From Desulfobacterales bacterium (GTDB taxonomy: Bacteria > Desulfobacterota > Desulfobacteria > Desulfobacterales > UBA2156): a stretch of 64,000 nt of DNA. The stretch lies in contig DRHF01000028.1 in NCBI GenBank assembly GCA_011049715.1, forward strand, positions 7,449 through 71,448, read 5' to 3'. Shown piece after piece: positions 11,266 through 21,946 of this stretch. Positions within the stretch are counted from its first letter, which is position 1; each line of letters starts with the position of its first letter. Under the pieces are notes generated by a model. It did not search any database, had not been told where the DNA came from, and saw only the letters and a program-made list of their open reading frames with translations. The position numbers and the translations under genes are program-made.

Positions 11266-13410
11266 ATGATCCGTATTAATGAAATTGTTGATAAAATTGC
11301 AAAAAACAATCCAGATGCTGATCTGGATCTCGTAGAGCGCGCATATATATATTCCGCACGGGTTCACGAAGGACAAGTTCGGCTATCCGGTGAACCATAT
11401 CTTTCCCATCCCCTCGAGGTGGCCGACATTCTCGCGGATATGAAGCTTGATTCGGTCAGCATTGCAGCGGGCCTCCTCCACGATGTTCTCGAAGATACCC
11501 ACGCGACACCGGAAGAGATAAAAAATATATTTGGTGAAGAAGTTTTTCATATCGTTTTCGGCGTCACCAAGCTGAGTACCCTCCCACTTGACAGCTCACA
11601 GGCCCGCCAGGCTGAAAGCATTAGAAAAATGATCCTCGCCATGGCCGATGATATTCGGGTTATCCTGATCAAGCTGGCAGACCGCCTTCACAATATGAGG
11701 ACCATCCAATTTCACAAAGAGAGCAAAAGAAAAGAAATCTCACAGGAAACCCTTGACATCTATTCACCGATTGCTGCGCGGTTGGGTATTTATTGGATAA
11801 AAAAGGAACTTGAAGAAATCTCTTTTATGAATCTCAATTATTCCGAATATTCAAAGATAAAAAGTCGAATCACGCAGGGGAGAGAGGAAAGTGAAAAATA
11901 TATTAAAACCGTCAAAAGTTTTATCCAAAAAAAGATGATGGAAGCGAACCTGCAATGCGAGGTTTTGGGCAGGTTCAAACATTTTTTCAGCATATATCAA
12001 AAGATGATAAACCAGAAACTTGCATTTGAGGACATATACGACATTATCGCATTTCGAATCATCCTTGATACAATACCCCAATGCTATGAAGCACTGGGGC
12101 TTTTGCATTCCATGTGGAAGCCGATTCCAAAAAAGTTCAAGGATTATATCGCCGTACCCAAACCCAACATGTACCAGGCCCTCCATACGACGGTAATCGG
12201 CCCTTTTGGCGAACGGGTGGAAATTCAGATCCGGACGTGGGAACTGGACCGGATTGCCAAATCCGGTATTGCCGCCCATTGGAGCTACAAGGAAGGGAAG
12301 TATATCGATGAGAAGGCGAGTAAAACATTTTCGTGGATTCAGGATCTGGTTGAAGATCAGGAAATTTTTAGAGACCCGACCGAATTTTTAGAAAATGTTC
12401 GCATTGACCTGTTCCCGGATGAAGTTTATCTGTTTACCCCCCAAGGTGAAATCAAAACACTGCCCCGGGGTGCAACCCCCGTCGACTTTGCCTATCTCAT
12501 CCACTCCGAAGTGGGAAACCAATGTACAGGCGCAAAAGTTAACGGGCGGATGGTTCCCCTTAAGACTGAATTGGAAACCGGAAATACAATCGAAATAATC
12601 ATCTCTAAAGGTCACCATCCGAGCAGGGACTGGCTTAATTTTGTAAAAACGGTCAAGGCCCGCTCCAGAATCAGGCATTGGATAAAGGTTCAGGAAAAAG
12701 AGCGGAGCTTAACTCTCGGTCGGGAAATGTGCGAAAAGGCATTTCGTAAATACCGACTCAATTTTAACGAAATTATGAAATCTGATAAGATGGAGAAGGT
12801 CATAGCTGATTTTGGATTCAAGTCACTCGACGACCTGATCGCAAGTGTGGGGTATGGCAAAATTACCCCCCTACAGATCGTCCGGAAGTTTAGCCCTAAA
12901 ACGGAAACAGAAGAGGCACAAAAATCTATCCTGACCAAAGTCATTGGCCGGGTCCGGAAGAAAAAACCGATAGGAGGCGTGGTGGTTAAGGGCGTTGATG
13001 ACATTCTCATCAAGTTTGGCAGGTGCTGTGAACCGGTTCCCGGAGACGCGATAACCGGTTACATCACCAGAGGTTATGGTGTAACCGTTCATCGGACCAG
13101 TTGCGTCAATGCGCTGAAAATGAGTTCGGAAAGACAGATCGATGTGGAGTGGAATATCGACACCGGAGAAACCTATCCGGTAAAGATTCGTGTTCGTTCT
13201 TATGATAGAGTGGGTTTGCTGGCCGATGTCGCTTCGAATATCAGTAAAAACGCTGCCAATATTCTCAGTGCCAAAACAGAGGCGAATGAAGACAAAATAG
13301 TTATCAGTTTATTTACCATCGCGGTTGAGGATACCGACCACTTAAACAAGGTTCTATCGGCAATTAAAAAGGTGAAAAATGTTCAGGAGGTCAAACGAAT
13401 TAATCGTTAA
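11266..13410 (+). CDS. rel: bifunctional (p)ppGpp synthetase/hydrolase (RelA/SpoT homologue)
   Basis: HD hydrolase domain ([10 protein letters not shown]...HDVLEDT), synthetase domain, and TGS and ACT domains. I prefer the ATG at 11266 ([10 protein letters not shown]) over the track start at 11200. Confidence 0.9.
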   Translation: MIRINEIVDKIAKNNPDADLDLVERAYIYSARVHEGQVRLSGEPYLSHPLEVADILADMKLDSVSIAAGLLHDVLEDTHATPEEIKNIFGEEVFHIVFGVTKLSTLPLDSSQARQAESIRKMILAMADDIRVILIKLADRLHNMRTIQFHKESKRKEISQETLDIYSPIAARLGIYWIKKELEEISFMNLNYSEYSKIKSRITQGREESEKYIKTVKSFIQKKMMEANLQCEVLGRFKHFFSIYQKMINQKLAFEDIYDIIAFRIILDTIPQCYEALGLLHSMWKPIPKKFKDYIAVPKPNMYQALHTTVIGPFGERVEIQIRTWELDRIAKSGIAAHWSYKEGKYIDEKASKTFSWIQDLVEDQEIFRDPTEFLENVRIDLFPDEVYLFTPQGEIKTLPRGATPVDFAYLIHSEVGNQCTGAKVNGRMVPLKTELETGNTIEIIISKGHHPSRDWLNFVKTVKARSRIRHWIKVQEKERSLTLGREMCEKAFRKYRLNFNEIMKSDKMEKVIADFGFKSLDDLIASVGYGKITPLQIVRKFSPKTETEEAQKSILTKVIGRVRKKKPIGGVVVKGVDDILIKFGRCCEPVPGDAITGYITRGYGVTVHRTSCVNALKMSSERQIDVEWNIDTGETYPVKIRVRSYDRVGLLADVASNISKNAANILSAKTEANEDKIVISLFTIAVEDTDHLNKVLSAIKKVKNVQEVKRINR

Positions 13411-13598
13411 GCAACCTTAACAACCCGCCCTGATTTTATACAGTTGGTACAAACAACCATTCGTTTAACCCTTCCGTTATGCAAAGTCCGTACCCTTTGA
13501 AGGTTCGGATTAAACCGCCGCTTGTTCAGGTTGTGGGCGTGACTCACATGGTTTCCTACCTGTGGCTTTTTTCCGCATATATCACACATTCTCGACAT
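13407..13598 (-). CDS. rpmB: 50S ribosomal protein L28
   Basis: 63 aa starting [23 protein letters not shown], typical of L28. Its stop region overlaps the rel stop by 4 nt, convergently. Confidence 0.9.
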   Translation of the reverse strand: MSRMCDICGKKPQVGNHVSHAHNLNKRRFNPNLQRVRTLHNGRVKRMVVCTNCIKSGRVVKVA

Positions 13599-13701
13599 GA
13601 TTTATTCTCCTTGCAACATACCTTTTTTATCAGACAGCACGCTGTCTTTTATACTCCATAGACAAACACTCCGGCGGATTGGGGGTGCAAACGTCGAACA
13701 A

Positions 13702-14352
13702 CTATTCTCTTTTTTCCAGCAAGGCTTCCAACCGTGCAATATACACCAATGCCTTTTGGTGGGCGCCGACATCAGGGTGGTTGGATACCAGTGCCTTGAA
13801 ACGCTTTAAGGCCGCTTTGTAGTGCTTGCTCTTAAAATAAAACAGACCGACGTAAATTTCGTGTCCGGCAATGCTTTTCAAACTTTTTTTGATCAACCCG
13901 GCCGATTTTATAGCATAGGGGTTTGTTGGAAACTGTTTAACCAAACGGTGGAATGTATCAAGCGCCTTTCGGGCAGGGGCCTGATCCCTGTCCCGCGTAT
14001 CGATTTGTTCAAAATAACTGAGTCCAATTTGATAGATAACATAGGGTACGGCTTCATTTCTGGGATGCAGATTTTCGAATTCTTCATACGCGAAGATCGC
14101 CTCTTCATACTCCTTTAACTTATAGTAGGCGTCCCCGATTTTCAATTCCGCGAGAATCGCATATTTACTAAAGGGGTACCAGTTCTTAAGTGTCTCAAAC
14201 GATTCGATACTGCTTCGATAATTTCCGCTTTTAAATTGATCCATTCCATCGCTCGCCAGTTCGGGTGCGAGTTTTTGCTCTTTTGATCTAAACAGGGCAC
14301 AGCCCGGGAAAAAGAGAAGCGCAATGAGACATAAGATGAACAGTCGTTTCAT
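13702..14352 (-). CDS. bamD: outer membrane protein assembly factor BamD-like TPR lipoprotein
   Basis: 216 aa. Signal peptide with lipobox (LLFFPGC) and TPR-like repeats typical of BamD/YfiO. Confidence 0.7.
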   Translation of the reverse strand: MKRLFILCLIALLFFPGCALFRSKEQKLAPELASDGMDQFKSGNYRSSIESFETLKNWYPFSKYAILAELKIGDAYYKLKEYEEAIFAYEEFENLHPRNEAVPYVIYQIGLSYFEQIDTRDRDQAPARKALDTFHRLVKQFPTNPYAIKSAGLIKKSLKSIAGHEIYVGLFYFKSKHYKAALKRFKALVSNHPDVGAHQKALVYIARLEALLEKRE

Positions 14353-15281
14353 TGTAGATGGCTCTCGATATAATGTTGTGCTGAAAATGCTGCGATGGCA
14401 GCGTCGCCGACCGCCGTAACAACTTGCCGTAAAGGGGTAGTCCTTACATCACCTGCCGCAAATACGCCCGGAACCGAAGTCTCCATATTGGTATCGACTA
14501 TCACAAAACCGAAACTATCCAGTTTAACCTCATCCCCTAAAAACTCCGTATTCGGATTTATTCCCACCCATATAAAGCATCCATCAACCGCAAGTTCCCT
14601 GGTTTCATTGGTTTTGACATTTCTTACCGTTATCTTTTCAACACCGGTCGACCCGCTTATTTTGCTGACTACGGAGTCCCAAATAAACTCTATTTTATCA
14701 TTTGCAAACGCACGTTCCTGCAAAATAGTTTCCGCTCTCAGCTGATCCCGTCGATGGATTTGATAGACCTTCTTTGCGAATTTGGTCAGAAACACGCTTT
14801 CTTTGACCGCTGTATCACCACCCCCCACAGCAGCCACAACCTGCTCTTTGAAAAACGGACCATCGCAGGTACCGCAAAAAGATACGCCCCTGCCTAAAAA
14901 CTTCTCTTCTCCCGGCACTCCCAACCTTTTTGGGGTAGCGCCGGTAGCGATGATGACCGTATGGGTTGAAATGGAACGATCGCTGAGTTGAATTTTTTTT
15001 ATCCGGTTAGAGAAATCAATGAAACGAACTTCGTCAATTATAATCTTGAGATCTACCTTTTTAACCTGTTCGGTCAATTTCTGTACCAGGTCAAAACCGC
15101 TGAGTCCTTCGGGAAAGCCCGGATAGTTTTCAATCCAGTCTGTAATCAGGACCTGCCCGCCAGGTGCTGCCTTCTCCAATAGGACGACCTTTAACCTGGC
15201 ACGTGCGGCATAAAGACCGGCGGCCAGCCCGGCCGGGCCGCCGCCGATAATAACAAGATCAAAATCAACGTTTTTCATCAC
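14349..15281 (-). CDS. trxB: thioredoxin-disulfide reductase
   Basis: 310 aa. FAD motif GGGPAGLAAGLYAAR and redox CGTC in VSFCGTCDG. Lies adjacent to trxA. Confidence 0.9.
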   Translation of the reverse strand: MMKNVDFDLVIIGGGPAGLAAGLYAARARLKVVLLEKAAPGGQVLITDWIENYPGFPEGLSGFDLVQKLTEQVKKVDLKIIIDEVRFIDFSNRIKKIQLSDRSISTHTVIIATGATPKRLGVPGEEKFLGRGVSFCGTCDGPFFKEQVVAAVGGGDTAVKESVFLTKFAKKVYQIHRRDQLRAETILQERAFANDKIEFIWDSVVSKISGSTGVEKITVRNVKTNETRELAVDGCFIWVGINPNTEFLGDEVKLDSFGFVIVDTNMETSVPGVFAAGDVRTTPLRQVVTAVGDAAIAAFSAQHYIESHLQ

Positions 15282-15289
15282 CGGATACT

Positions 15290-15619
15290 TTACAAAATAT
15301 TTTTTATAGCTACCTCTAGTTTTGATTTGGCAACCATACCGGTAATCTGATCAACAACATTTCCGTCTTTGAAGAAAATTAAGGTTGGAATGGCCCTGAT
15401 GCCATATTTGCCGGGTGTAACAGGATTATCATCCACATTGCACTTTGCAAATTTGACTTCATTCTCAAACGTACTTGCAAGCTCTTCAACCATCGGTCCG
15501 ATTGCCCTGCATGGACCACACCATGGTGCCCAAAAATCGACAAGAACAGGTTCTTCCGATTGTAATACCTCGGAGTCGAAATTCTTATCATCGATCTCAA
15601 TAATCCCTTTAACCATCAC
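15290..15619 (-). CDS. trxA: thioredoxin
   Basis: 109 aa with the WCGPC active site (FWAPWCGPCRAI). Confidence 0.9.
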   Translation of the reverse strand: MMVKGIIEIDDKNFDSEVLQSEEPVLVDFWAPWCGPCRAIGPMVEELASTFENEVKFAKCNVDDNPVTPGKYGIRAIPTLIFFKDGNVVDQITGMVAKSKLEVAIKNIL

Positions 15620-15759
15620 ACCACATCCTTTCTGAAATTAATGGGGATAAACATGCTGAAATATAGTAATAGCGCATTCGAATGTCAACCATGTCTTTTT
15701 GACCATCGCCTTAAAAAAATAGGTGATACATAAGGAATGTTTTGAATGCCGGTGAAATA

Positions 15760-15787
15760 TTGACATCTCCAAACTATTTCATATAGA
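15760..15787 (+). promoter_or_regulatory. candidate sigma70-type promoter of the rubrerythrin gene
   Basis: TTGACA at 15760-15765, a 16-nt spacer, then TATAGA at 15782-15787, about 75 nt upstream of the ATG at 15863. Confidence 0.35.
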
Positions 15788-15862
15788 TTTGATCAACGCC
15801 CCTTTTGACATGATGGGGTGAATCTTCAAATTAAACAGCCATTTCTTATGTTGGGAGGCATC

Positions 15863-16363
15863 ATGTCTAACAAAACAGAAAAGAATCTGGCGTTCGCATT
15901 TGCAGCTGAATCAAAAGCCGCCGCCCGTAACTCTGTTTTTGCCATAAAGGCGAAACGGGATGGATACCCACAATTTTCCCATCTTTTCAAGGCGGTGGCA
16001 GAAGCAGAATCGGTTCATGCGAGACGATACCTCAGGTTAATGCGGGGAAAAATCGGAACCACAGAAGAAAACCTGGAAAGCGCGTTTAAAAGCGAAATAA
16101 AGGCCTATCTGGAGGAATACCCGAGGTTGATCAAGGAGGCTTCAGAAGAAGGGATGGATGTGCCAAAAAAAGCATTTTCCGAATCTAGGGATGTTGAAAA
16201 CAGGCATGCGGAGCTTTATAAGAGTGCCATCAATGATCTGCTATCCGACCGTATATCGGCGTATTATGTGTGTCAGATCTGTGGTTATATCAGCGAGGCG
16301 AAGGCTCCTGAAAAATGCCCTGTCTGTGGTGCCATCAAAGAAAAATTTAAGGAGATAGAATAG
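15863..16363 (+). CDS. rbr: rubrerythrin
   Basis: Ferritin-like diiron domain (EAESVHARRY) plus a C-terminal rubredoxin motif (CQICGY...CPVCG). The ATG at 15863 is preceded by GGGAGG; the track start 15818 is a GTG further upstream. Confidence 0.85.
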   Translation: MSNKTEKNLAFAFAAESKAAARNSVFAIKAKRDGYPQFSHLFKAVAEAESVHARRYLRLMRGKIGTTEENLESAFKSEIKAYLEEYPRLIKEASEEGMDVPKKAFSESRDVENRHAELYKSAINDLLSDRISAYYVCQICGYISEAKAPEKCPVCGAIKEKFKEIE

Positions 16364-16476
16364 AATTGGTTTGAAAATCGTTTATAATAAGCAATAGCGG
16401 CCTTTTCCAATTGAACCGTATGGATCAACGCCAGTTCGAAATTTTTTAAAAGAAATGCGTAATATGGAAAAAAACT

Positions 16477-16917
16477 GTGGTTGACTTAAAGCGTTCTGCA
16501 TACCCAAAATATCCTCGCGTGGCTGTGGGCGCCTTTGTATTTCATCAAAACCGGGTTTTGCTCGTGAAACGGGGAGCCCCGCCGGCGATAGGGAAATGGG
16601 CGATTCCAGGGGGAAGTGTGGAATTGGGTGAAACCCTTCAGGAAGCAGCAGAACGGGAAATTTTTGAAGAGACCGGTATTACCATACACGCACGGATGCC
16701 GGCCTTCACGTTTGATGTGGTCGATCGGGATGAGATGGGTCGGATCCGGTTTCACTACGTGATCGTTGACTTAATGGCAGATTATATAAGCGGTGAACCC
16801 CGAGCGGGAGACGATGCTCTCGATGTCCGCTGGGCATCTTCCAGCGATATCGAAAACCTTGATGTAAGTGAAAAGACGGTCCAGGTGTTGAACCAGATTT
16901 TCAAGTTCGGAATATAA
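16477..16917 (+). CDS. NUDIX hydrolase
   Basis: 146 aa with a Nudix box (GGSVELGETLQEAAEREIFEETGI). Confidence 0.8.
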   Translation: MVDLKRSAYPKYPRVAVGAFVFHQNRVLLVKRGAPPAIGKWAIPGGSVELGETLQEAAEREIFEETGITIHARMPAFTFDVVDRDEMGRIRFHYVIVDLMADYISGEPRAGDDALDVRWASSSDIENLDVSEKTVQVLNQIFKFGI

Positions 16918-16944
16918 ACACAAAATGCAGTAAAAGAGATTCGC

Positions 16945-17502
16945 ATGCAGCAAGATCGCATCCGGTGGAATCAAAAATATACCGATAAAACCTATCCGGC
17001 CAACCCCTCACGGATTGTTCAGGACTTTTATAATCTGGCCCCAAAGGGAAGGGTGCTGGACATTGCTGCCGGAAATGGACGAAACGCCCTCTTTCTTGCA
17101 AAAAACGAATTTTATGTCGACGCCGTCGATATTTCGGATGTGGGATTAAACCGGGTGTCAAAACGCCATATTAATCTGAACCTGATCTGTGCAGATCTCG
17201 ATAATTTTAATATCCCTAAAAACCGCTACAGCCTGATCGTCAACTGCCGGTTTTTGGAAAGGCGGCTGTTTCCGTCCATTCAGGAAGGCCTTGTATCCGG
17301 CGGTCTCCTCATTTTCGAGACATATCTTGAGCCTCTTGGGAAAAAAGTCGAAAAACCTTCAAGGCGGAAGCATCTACTCAAGAAAAATGAACTTCTTCAT
17401 GCTTTTTTGCCACTACAAATCCGCTTTTATCGGGAAACGAGGGAGTCAGATGAAGATGGGTCCGAATATATTGCCTCCCTTGTTGGGATGAAAAATGGAT
17501 AA
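16945..17502 (+). CDS. class I SAM-dependent methyltransferase (TehB-like)
   Basis: 185 aa with SAM motif I (VLDIAAGNGRNALFLA...VDAVDIS). Confidence 0.65.
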   Translation: MQQDRIRWNQKYTDKTYPANPSRIVQDFYNLAPKGRVLDIAAGNGRNALFLAKNEFYVDAVDISDVGLNRVSKRHINLNLICADLDNFNIPKNRYSLIVNCRFLERRLFPSIQEGLVSGGLLIFETYLEPLGKKVEKPSRRKHLLKKNELLHAFLPLQIRFYRETRESDEDGSEYIASLVGMKNG

Positions 17503-18298
17503 AAGAACCCGCATCGGCGCGTTGATTTCAGGTGGCGGGACAAACCTGCAGGCAATCATCGACGGGTGTGAAACCGGCCGAATCGATGGCGAAATGGTGT
17601 TCGTGGGGTCTGACAACCCGAAAGCTGCAGGTCTGAAAAGGGTCATAAAGCACCGTATCCCTGCCTTTTCTGTGGACTATGAGACAATCCTGCAAAACTT
17701 TAAAACAGACCCTGAAAAAATTCCCTCACCGATAGATTTCGATCTAACGGATCTGCTTTCCAAGCAGTCCATTTTTTCTGCAGATGCCGCCCCTGAGAAG
17801 ATAAATGCTTTTTTCACTTCCAGGGCAATCGCAGAGGCCCGGCTTTTGGCTGAAATGAAGGCTTTTCCATTCGATGTTCTGGTCCTGGCAGGATTTATGC
17901 GGGTATTGACCCCCTACTTTATCGACAGGATCAATACTCACCCCGGCCATTTCCGAATCATGAACATCCACCCTGCTCTTCTCCCCTCATTTACCGGTAC
18001 GGACGGGTATGGCGATACGTATCGGTACGGGTGCAAGATCGGCGGGTGTACAGTCCATTTTGTAGATTACGGGGAAGATTCCGGCCCGATAATCGGACAG
18101 AAAGCGTTTGAGATTGATGGAGACGATACGATTGAGACGATCAAAAAAAAAGGGTTGAAGCTGGAGTGGGAGCTTTACCCGCAATGCATACAACTGTTTG
18201 CTGAAGGCCGTCTTAAAATCGTCAACCGGTCCTATAGACTAAAAAACGGAAAAAAAGCCACAAAAACAGTTGTGAAAGTTATGTTACCCCGACTGTAG
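17495..18298 (+). CDS. purN: phosphoribosylglycinamide formyltransferase, long form
   Basis: 267 aa with PurN motifs (ISGGGTNLQAI, LAGFMRVL, NIHPALLPSF, GCTVHF). It carries roughly 40 extra residues between the first and second conserved blocks. Confidence 0.8.
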   Translation: MDKRTRIGALISGGGTNLQAIIDGCETGRIDGEMVFVGSDNPKAAGLKRVIKHRIPAFSVDYETILQNFKTDPEKIPSPIDFDLTDLLSKQSIFSADAAPEKINAFFTSRAIAEARLLAEMKAFPFDVLVLAGFMRVLTPYFIDRINTHPGHFRIMNIHPALLPSFTGTDGYGDTYRYGCKIGGCTVHFVDYGEDSGPIIGQKAFEIDGDDTIETIKKKGLKLEWELYPQCIQLFAEGRLKIVNRSYRLKNGKKATKTVVKVMLPRL

Positions 18299-18562
18299 AC
18301 TTGACCCAACCGCATCGATCTCAGGTATAACCTGAATCCTTTTTTCCAGATCGGCGGGCATATCAGATACCGAACCGGTGAAAACGAGATGATCGGTTTG
18401 ATATTTGTCAATCAACCGCTCGTAGACGGAAAAAATGCTGTCCCAACCTCTTTTTTCTAGACTTACGGCATCAATTAACCGGCTAGATGTGACAACGCCA
18501 AAATCTGTAAAGGATGCACCACGATCAATTCCAATAATCGGCCTGTTCTTTAAGTCATTCAT
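18284..18562 (-). CDS. hypothetical small protein
   Basis: 92 aa from the ATG at 18562 (MNDLKNRPIIGIDRGASFTDFG, weakly ASKHA-phosphate-1-like). The longer track ORF would overlap the PhoU-like gene. Coding status is uncertain. Confidence 0.3.
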   Translation of the reverse strand: MNDLKNRPIIGIDRGASFTDFGVVTSSRLIDAVSLEKRGWDSIFSVYERLIDKYQTDHLVFTGSVSDMPADLEKRIQVIPEIDAVGSSLQSG

Positions 18563-18614
18563 CGCTATTCTATAATTTGTTGTTGTTGAGCAAACAAACG
18601 GAAAATGTGACGGA

Positions 18615-19286
18615 CTATTTCTTTTCTGCCTCAAATCCGATTCGATCAATCGGGTTAACGACACTGGTTGTGATATTTCGCAGATGCGAATTGATTCGTT
18701 TTAGCCAGCGGGCGTAGATACCGAGAGAAACTGAATTTCCGGGCCGGATTCCCTTATCTTCTTCTTTAACCAGGGCGAACAGACAATCGTCGCAGGCCTT
18801 GTTAACCCATTTATATTCTTTCAAAATCTCCAAAGCCAGGCTGCTGTCTCCGCCCTCAAAGCTTTGCTTGGTTTTGATAAAATTATTCTCCAGGGACTTT
18901 TCAATCTCCTGAACCGATTCTTCGAATTTTCCTCCATACAACTTGCTAGGATGGTTCAATGCCAGATCGACTATGTTCTTGGTATAATCGCCGATGCGTT
19001 CAATATCGATGATGATGCTCATCAGGACCAGGCCGGAAGGTAATTTTTCTGGACCGCTGACCGCGAGATGGTTAAACACATTCCGCCTAACTTCCCGTTC
19101 GTAACTGTTAATCTGTTTATCCTTTTCACGTACATCTATATCCCCTTCACTGCCTTCTCTGAACCGGAGCGATTCTTTGGCCTTTAAAAACATCTCCCGA
19201 GTAATATCCAGCATCTCGAATGACCGTTGGTAAGCACGATCCATCAATGTGTCTTTCTGAAAAATTGCTATCCATTGTTTAAACAT
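18615..19286 (-). CDS. PhoU-domain protein, partner of the Na/Pi cotransporter
   Basis: 223 aa with a PhoU-like repeat containing IERIGDYTKNI. Lies immediately downstream of the Na/Pi cotransporter gene. Confidence 0.7.
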   Translation of the reverse strand: MFKQWIAIFQKDTLMDRAYQRSFEMLDITREMFLKAKESLRFREGSEGDIDVREKDKQINSYEREVRRNVFNHLAVSGPEKLPSGLVLMSIIIDIERIGDYTKNIVDLALNHPSKLYGGKFEESVQEIEKSLENNFIKTKQSFEGGDSSLALEILKEYKWVNKACDDCLFALVKEEDKGIRPGNSVSLGIYARWLKRINSHLRNITTSVVNPIDRIGFEAEKK

Positions 19287-19298
19287 TGGTCACGCTCC

Positions 19299-20399
19299 TT
19301 ACTTAAAAAAATAAATCAAAGTTATCGGTAAAATAAAAAATACGAAAATAATATATAAAACCGGAATAAATTTTCTCCTGGTTGAAAGCGTTGCAAATCT
19401 CACTGCCAAGGTGATGGGAACAAACTTAAATGGCCACCAAATAACGATTCCTGAGATATTGAATATCAGATGGGAAAATGCCACAATTATCGCCGAAAGA
19501 TTTCCGGTTACGAGTGCAGCCAGTATGGCTGTTATCGTCGTCCCGATGTTTGCGCCTAAAGTGTACGGAAAAATCTGGACAATGGTCAAAAGCCCTGCTC
19601 CCGCCATCGGCACCACCAGTGAAGTGGTAATGGAACTGCTCTGCACCATGGACGTAAGAATTATGCCCACAAGAAAGGCCCGCCTGGCATTTTTGAATAG
19701 GTGCCGGTCAAACCAGGCTTCCGTTTTTTCTACGACCAGACGCTTGAGGGATTTCACCATAAGGACCAATGACAACATCAATAAAATCAGTGACAGTACA
19801 AGAAGCACCCAGGGGTATTCACCCATCATATTCTTCAAAAGCCCAACCGCGGGTTTGGTCAGGGCCTTGACTGGACTTAATAATTTTAGTCCTCCGATGT
19901 GTTGAAATTCCTGACCAAGAAAAGTTGCGATTCGACCGAGAAAATTCGTGAAATACTGCAAGGGAAACAGCACGAGAACAGCCAGCAAATTAAAAAAGTC
20001 ATGGACGATCGCTGCGGAAAATGAACGCTGAAATTCTAAATTGCGGTTTATTTGAGTTAAAGATACCAATATATTTGTAACCGATGTGCCGATATTGGCA
20101 CCCATGATGATCGGGATTGCGTTATCGATATTCAATGCCCCTCCGGCTACGAGCCCAACGACAATCGTAGTCGTTGATGACGATGACTGGATGATAGATG
20201 TTGCCAGTATGCCGATGAACAGTCCCACAAAGGGGTTCGTGGTGCTTTTGATCAAGCCTTCTGCCAGGCCCTTTCCAAACATCTTAAGGGAAGTTCCCAT
20301 CAACTCAAGGCTGAGCAGGAATAAATACAGGAACAAAATCAACAAAAAAACATTGAAAAGGCTGTTGTAAAGGTGGGAAAAATTTCTGATCGATTTCAT
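19299..20399 (-). CDS. Na+/phosphate cotransporter family protein
   Basis: Polytopic membrane protein with duplicated QSSSxT motifs (IIQSSSSTTTIVV, MVQSSSITTSLVV). I prefer the ATG at 20399 (MKSIRNF); the track start 20453 is a TTG. Confidence 0.8.
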   Translation of the reverse strand: MKSIRNFSHLYNSLFNVFLLILFLYLFLLSLELMGTSLKMFGKGLAEGLIKSTTNPFVGLFIGILATSIIQSSSSTTTIVVGLVAGGALNIDNAIPIIMGANIGTSVTNILVSLTQINRNLEFQRSFSAAIVHDFFNLLAVLVLFPLQYFTNFLGRIATFLGQEFQHIGGLKLLSPVKALTKPAVGLLKNMMGEYPWVLLVLSLILLMLSLVLMVKSLKRLVVEKTEAWFDRHLFKNARRAFLVGIILTSMVQSSSITTSLVVPMAGAGLLTIVQIFPYTLGANIGTTITAILAALVTGNLSAIIVAFSHLIFNISGIVIWWPFKFVPITLAVRFATLSTRRKFIPVLYIIFVFFILPITLIYFFK

Positions 20400-20469
20400 C
20401 AAGACTTTTTCAATATCAACGCAAAAAGATCCCGGCGTCGGGATTTTTCGCAAGACAAACCCAAATGGT

Positions 20470-21078
20470 TTACAACTTACTCAAACCAGCTGAACCGCTT
20501 TCGTCTAGTAGTGTCCATATGATTTGAAACGAATTTTTAACAATCGATGCGATGTGTCCTTTAAAAAAATGATGTTCGATATGAAATCGGACTCCCCGGT
20601 GTTGGGTGATCAGATGACTATCATCTATCACACTCTCGATGTGGCATTTTGAAAGTTCTGCCAGCCCGGTTCCAACCGCCTTGAGGGTCGCCTCCTTTGA
20701 AGTCCAGTACCGAAAGAACGACTTAAATTTATTGTCGTCTATCAGGCTCCATTCTCTACTATCCGCTATTTTATCAAAAAGAGGTTCTGGACAGGGACGA
20801 ATTTCTTCGATATCAATCCCGATCTGTTCGGGACAAATCACAGCTGCGACATATTTGGATTTATGTGTAAGAGACCAGTAAATTCCGTTAAAGGGAAGCG
20901 GCGCCCCATTTTTATTCTTTTTCAGCTCGCCCAAAACAACACCACTTTTTTGAGCGGATATTTCAAGGGCTTCTCTGGCACGATGCCTTAGGGCCTGTAC
21001 CTTTTCTCTGGCCAACTGTTTCCTGCTATTTTTGGGAACAGGCAATATGACGGGATATATGGGGTTTCTATTGTTCAT
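20470..21078 (-). CDS. 4'-phosphopantetheinyl transferase (Sfp-type)
   Basis: 202 aa with PPTase motifs (WSLTHKSKY, IGIDIEEI, WTSKEATLKAVG). Confidence 0.75.
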   Translation of the reverse strand: MNNRNPIYPVILPVPKNSRKQLAREKVQALRHRAREALEISAQKSGVVLGELKKNKNGAPLPFNGIYWSLTHKSKYVAAVICPEQIGIDIEEIRPCPEPLFDKIADSREWSLIDDNKFKSFFRYWTSKEATLKAVGTGLAELSKCHIESVIDDSHLITQHRGVRFHIEHHFFKGHIASIVKNSFQIIWTLLDESGSAGLSKL

Positions 21079-21946
21079 CTTTTATCTTCAATACTTCCTC
21101 ATAAACCCGGCTTTTGGGCAGGCCATATTTTTTTGCCACCGCTTTTGCGATAGCTGAAGGCGTTTCATCCCGGTTTTTTAAGCCCATCTCTATTTCCGCC
21201 CGTAATGTTGTTTCTGAAACATCGTCCTTTATTTCACCTCCCATGACAACGAGCGTGCATTCGCCTCTTATTACGGAACGATCTGCGAGGGTGCTGATTA
21301 TTGCAGAGAGCCTACCCCTTATAAATTCTTCGTAAATCTTGGTCATCTCCCGGGACAATACACCGGGCCGGTCCCCCATGATCGTTTGAATGTCCTTTAG
21401 AAGGGTCAGAACCCGGCGGGGGGATTCATAAAATATAAGGGTACGCTTTTCAACGGCGAGTTCTTTCAGCCTTTTAATTCGATTTCCCTTTGTCCGGGGT
21501 AGAAATCCCTCAAAGACAAATGAATCGGTTGGAAGACCTGATACAGAAAGAGCGGCAATGGCGGCAGATGCCCCGGGAACCGGAATGATCCTTGTACGAT
21601 TTGCAACCGCCATTTTTATCAGACGATACCCGGGGTCTGATACCAGGGGTGTTCCTGCCTTTGAAACAACCGCCACTGAGGAGCCTCTTTTGATCCTGTC
21701 TATCAGTTCAGGTGTACGGCTTATCTCGTTGTGGTCGTGGTAAGAAATCAGGCGGGCACCTTCGATCCGGTGATGGGAAAGGAGTCTGGCGGTATGTCTG
21801 GTATCTTCTGCTGCAATAAAATCGACCGCTTTAAGTATTTTCAGCGCCCTTAACGTAATATCGTCCAGGTTGCCGATCGGCGTGGCAACGATATAAAGAC
21901 CGGCCTCCAACTGCATGTGTTCCGGATCATCCATAGGCGAGTTCAA
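21068..21946 (-). CDS. rsmI: 16S rRNA (cytidine1402-2'-O)-methyltransferase
   Basis: 292 aa. Tetrapyrrole-methylase fold with an N-terminus typical of RsmI (LYIVATPIGNLDDITLRALKILK...AEDTRHT). Confidence 0.9.
   Translation of the reverse strand: MNSPMDDPEHMQLEAGLYIVATPIGNLDDITLRALKILKAVDFIAAEDTRHTARLLSHHRIEGARLISYHDHNEISRTPELIDRIKRGSSVAVVSKAGTPLVSDPGYRLIKMAVANRTRIIPVPGASAAIAALSVSGLPTDSFVFEGFLPRTKGNRIKRLKELAVEKRTLIFYESPRRVLTLLKDIQTIMGDRPGVLSREMTKIYEEFIRGRLSAIISTLADRSVIRGECTLVVMGGEIKDDVSETTLRAEIEMGLKNRDETPSAIAKAVAKKYGLPKSRVYEEVLKIKDEQ

Noticed and set aside
13632-13647. Hairpin AGACAGC-AC-GCTGTCT followed by TTTTAT between rpmB and bamD, which looks like an intrinsic terminator.
   Set aside because: The T-run follows the hairpin only on the plus strand, and both neighbouring genes are on the minus strand. 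It would only make sense as a distant rel terminator running antisense through rpmB. The function is unsupported.
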